Shown here piece after piece: positions 60,546 through 64,000 of a DNA stretch of 64,000 bases. The notes below the pieces were generated by a model. It made no database searches. It was not told where the DNA came from and saw only the letters and a program-made list of their open reading frames with translations. The stretch is from assembly GCA_037447605.1 (NCBI GenBank), contig CM074818.1, positions 818,617 through 882,616 of the forward strand, in the 5' to 3' direction. The translations under genes were made by a program, and so were the position numbers. Within the stretch, counting starts at the first letter, position 1. Each line of letters starts with the position of its first letter. Origin of the DNA: Zygnema circumcarinatum SAG 698-1b (taxonomy: Eukaryota > Plantae > Zygnematophyceae).

Positions 60546-62563
60546 AGAGAGGGAGAGAGGAAAGGGGGAGAGGGCGAGAGAGAGAAAGAGAGAGAGTGGG
60601 GGGGGGAGAGAGGGTGGGGGAAGCCAGTTTGTCCGGCCAGCCCCATCGAGCGTGACGCTGCCTGCAAGGGCGAGCGCCCTTCGAAGGCTGCATGGGGGAG
60701 GGGGAGCGGCGGGTGGGAGATGGGCGAGGGAGAGCGAGTAGGGGGAGAGAGAGGGCAGGTGGGGAGCAGGAGAGAGTGGGGAGGGAAAAGGAGGAAGGGG
60801 AGTAGTGGGAGGGAAGAGAGGTAGGGAGGAGGGGACAGGGGAGAGGAGGGGAAGTCAGGGGTGAGGGGCGTGTGGGAGTGGGAGGTCCGGGAGGGGGAGG
60901 GAGGGAGAGCGGGAGGGAGACAGGGAGGGGAGTGGAGGGGAGGAGAGGCCCTCCGTCTCCCATTACCCCGTTGTCCAATCAGCGTCGGGCCACGTGGCCG
61001 CCACGCGGTCCCGCCAATGATGAGCTTCGAGCTGCGCCCCCGAGCGACTGCCACGTCAGGACGTGGCGACGGCCGATTGCCAGCGTGGCAACTACGTGGC
61101 GACGCGCGATTGGATAATGTAGAACTTTTTTTACCCCGGAGAAGTTTTGCGAATGATGACGTGACTGCCATGTGGGTGCCACGTCATTGTACCGCGTTCG
61201 GATGGACGCTTGGCTCTCTATGTGAATACGCGGCATTACCGTGATTTGGAACAGCGAGGTTCCGTGAGTGGTCGTGCAGGTCACTGTGTGAATGGCACAA
61301 CGACGAGGGTCCCGTGTGAATGCCTGAAGTGGGTCTCGATTCGGTCCGTTATCCCTGCGCCCGACACGTGGCCCTAGGTCGTACGGACGGCGGGGCTGAT
61401 CTGGATATGGCCTATATCCATTAATGGACTGATGGCCAAGCGGCGGCCACGTGGCATTAATGTGGCTGGGCGGATCCAGGGGGACCTTTTTTTTATTTTT
61501 TATTTTTGGGAAAATTCAGCACCTGATTGTGTTCTTTTATGGGTCGCGCCACACGAGAAAATTTGAAGGGAAAAAATATGAATTGGAAACAAATTGCAAA
61601 AATCTCTAGGTCATTTTTCGGTGTGGACTAGGGATGTACTTTTGTCCGACAAATGACTTTTGGAGTTTTAGATTTCAGAATTAGAACGTTGTAAGAGTTT
61701 CAGAGTTTTAGAACACTTTTAAAATGACCGCACGACCATTGAAATTGAACACCCGCCGACTTGAATTTGCGCTCGCGTTGATCGTACAGTTCATCCGTAT
61801 GACCGTACATGCGTACGACTGGCCGGCCATTTTAAAAGCGTTTTATAAAATGGCCTGATTTTTAGTATTAATACACGACACTGAGTTCTAATGGACATCC
61901 CTAGAGTTAACAAGCAGTGAAATAATACTTATCCTGAAAAAAAAAAAAAAGAAAATAAAAAAAAGTTTTTCTGCCCAGCAGCCGAGGAAACATTCTATCT
62001 TTCTTGTCCTCATTCGTGCCCGGAATAAAAAACTTAAACCGCTCCGTATGAACTGTACGAAAACTAGTACGGGCATACGGCGTGCTCTTGCCAGCTGTTG
62101 GTTGCCGCCCCATTCAACTTTCCCATCCGTCCCTCCCTCTCCCTCCCTCCTCTCTCCCTCTCCCTCTTTCTCCTTCTCCGTCCCGCTCTCTCTCTCCCTC
62201 TCCATTTTTCCCTCCCTCTCCCTCTCTCTCTACCTCGCTCGGTCTTTCTCCCCTTCCTCTCTCTATCCTTCATCTTCGCTCGCTCTCTCTCCCCCTCTCC
62301 TGTTCTTTCCGTTCCGTTCGACCAACTGTTAGACTGAAACGCAACAGCGTTGGGCACAACAGCCCTTTCCATGGAGCCTCGAAAACCCTAACTATTCCCC
62401 TCCCCCCTCTGCCCCCCCCCCCACCCCCTGGACCCTAAAGGCCGTCCATAGCCTAACTGAGACTGAACCCCGACCCTCCCCAAACCCTTCCTACACCCTA
62501 TTTCTGAACTCTAAACCCTAAAAATTAACCCTAAAACTCTGAACCCTAGAGCCGGACTCTCCC

Positions 62564-63424
62564 ATGGAGCGTGTGTTCTCCGTGGACGACATTCTCGGCA
62601 CCTTCTGGAAGCTTGACACGCAGGGAGAGGGCGGGGGAGGGAGTGGCGGGTCGCACGCGGACCTGCAGCGGCTGCAGCGAGAGCAGTCCCTCTCCCTCTC
62701 TCTCCCGCACTCCGCCTCCCTCCATCGCATGAACCGCAGCTCCTCGGAATGGGCCTTCCAGGAGTTTCTCAAGGAGCACGCGACAGCTGTCACAGCAGGA
62801 GAGGGAGGGGAGGGTAAAGGGAGGGGGAGGGAGAGAGAGGTGGAGAGGGAGAAGGAGGGGGGGGAGGGAGGGATGGAGGGGAGTGGGGAGGAGGAAGAGG
62901 AGGATGAGGAGGAAGAGGAGGAGGAGGAGGAGGAGGAGGATGAGGAGGAGGATGAGGAGGAGGACGAGCGGAGGCAGGGGGATGGGGTGAAGGAAGAGAG
63001 AGGGACAGGGCGGAAGAGGGGAGCTGGAAGGAAGGAGAGCTCTCCCTCTCCCTCTACCGCTCCCTCTACCGCTTTCTCTACCGCTCCCTCTACCGCTTTC
63101 TCTACCGCTCCCTCTACCGCTTTCTCTACCGCTCTCCCTACCGCTCCCACTCTCACTCCCTTCCTTGACGCCAGAGGAGCGCTGCCAGCTGGCGCCTGGG
63201 GGGGTCCAGTTGGCATGGGGGGAGTGAGCGTGGCGCCGCCAACTGGCAGGGGGGAGAATGCTGGTGCACACGTGGCAGGCGGGGGAGGGGGACACGTGGC
63301 AGCAGACGGAGTGCGGCCGCTGTTCTCGGGCCTTCAGGAGGAGGGCCCCGGGGCGTTGGCGATGGAGTACGAGACCATGCTCAAGCAGCGCCTGGCCATG
63401 GCCTGCGCCATGGCCTCCACCAGA
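62564..63424 (+). CDS. Exon 1 of a group C bZIP transcription factor (bZIP63/Opaque2/CPRF2-like); the gene continues beyond the window
   Basis: Group C motifs MERVFSVDDI...FW, MNRSSSEWAFQEFL and EYETMLKQRLAMACA, then a GT donor at 63425. Confidence 0.88.
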
Positions 63425-64000
63425 GTGAGAGAGGGGGTGGGGGGGGGGGGGGGGGGGGAGAGGGAGGGAGGGAAGGAGGGGAGTGGGTGGGAGGGGTAAG
63501 GAAGGGAGCGGAGAAAAAGAAAAAGAAAAGTTCTTTTAAAGGTTTTAAAGGTTCTTGAAGGGCCGATAGGCAATGGTATACTTGTAAGTTTTTCTTGGTC
63601 CTTCATTTTCAGCGTATCATGAATAGAAAGTAAAGAAACCTAGCCGCACACTTAACGGGCAGAAATAAATAGAAAGATTGCATGAATGCTCGTATCGGTC
63701 TGCAGTGCTTATCTCCGCGGAATGAAACCTTTTCCAGTTATTGAAGCACTTTACAATTCCGTGGCTTCGAGGGTTTATTCCAAGGTGAAAAGGCTAAGGC
63801 TAAGCAGGGCAGTCAAGCTCAGTCAAGGCAAGGAAATCGAAGCTAGTCAATGTGGTTAAGGCGAATCAAAGTTAGTCAAAGGTTAGTCAAAGTGCTTTAA
63901 AAAGTCCACTAGAGTCAAGAGGCCCAAGGATAGTGAGAGTCAAGGAGGTCAAGGAGAGTCAAGGAGGTCAAGGCATCTCTTTGGAACAACGCTGTTCTAT

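Overview
Eukaryotic, intron-rich nuclear DNA. The gene set (group C bZIP, SPL1-type SBP factor, beta-1,2-xylosyltransferase, profilin, TTTAGGG-type repeats) points to a streptophyte alga or early-diverging plant. The first 15 kb is a polycystin/TRPP (PKD2-like) channel cluster. It holds the 3' end of an upstream gene, a 65-bp inverted copy of that 3' end fused to a non-LTR retrotransposon fragment, and two convergent paralogs (+ 3219->10713 and - 14706->11090) that both run into a 100-N assembly gap. Manual splicing of the + paralog (19 exons, about 850 codons, frame open throughout) shows a very large insertion in the S1-S2 extracellular loop. In order it contains a Cys-rich module, a Pro/Ala linker with an RRL motif, a truncated (2/2) hemoglobin-like domain, a cupredoxin-like domain lacking most copper ligands, and an LNR/Notch repeat. 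This possible heme- or gas-sensing TRP channel is the most interesting feature of the window. The rest contains a mitochondrial-carrier-family gene (-), SAC3A/LENG8 (+), an SPL1/12-like gene (+), profilin (+), XYLT/GT61 (+), an intronless tandem SOBER1/TIPSY1-type hydrolase with an inactive second domain (+), Copia and cytochrome P450 remnants, and exon 1 of a group C bZIP. Introns carry many simple repeats: (CT)n, telomere-like tracts, a 2.2-kb (CCTGG)n array and minisatellites. All family assignments come from motif recognition, not database searches.
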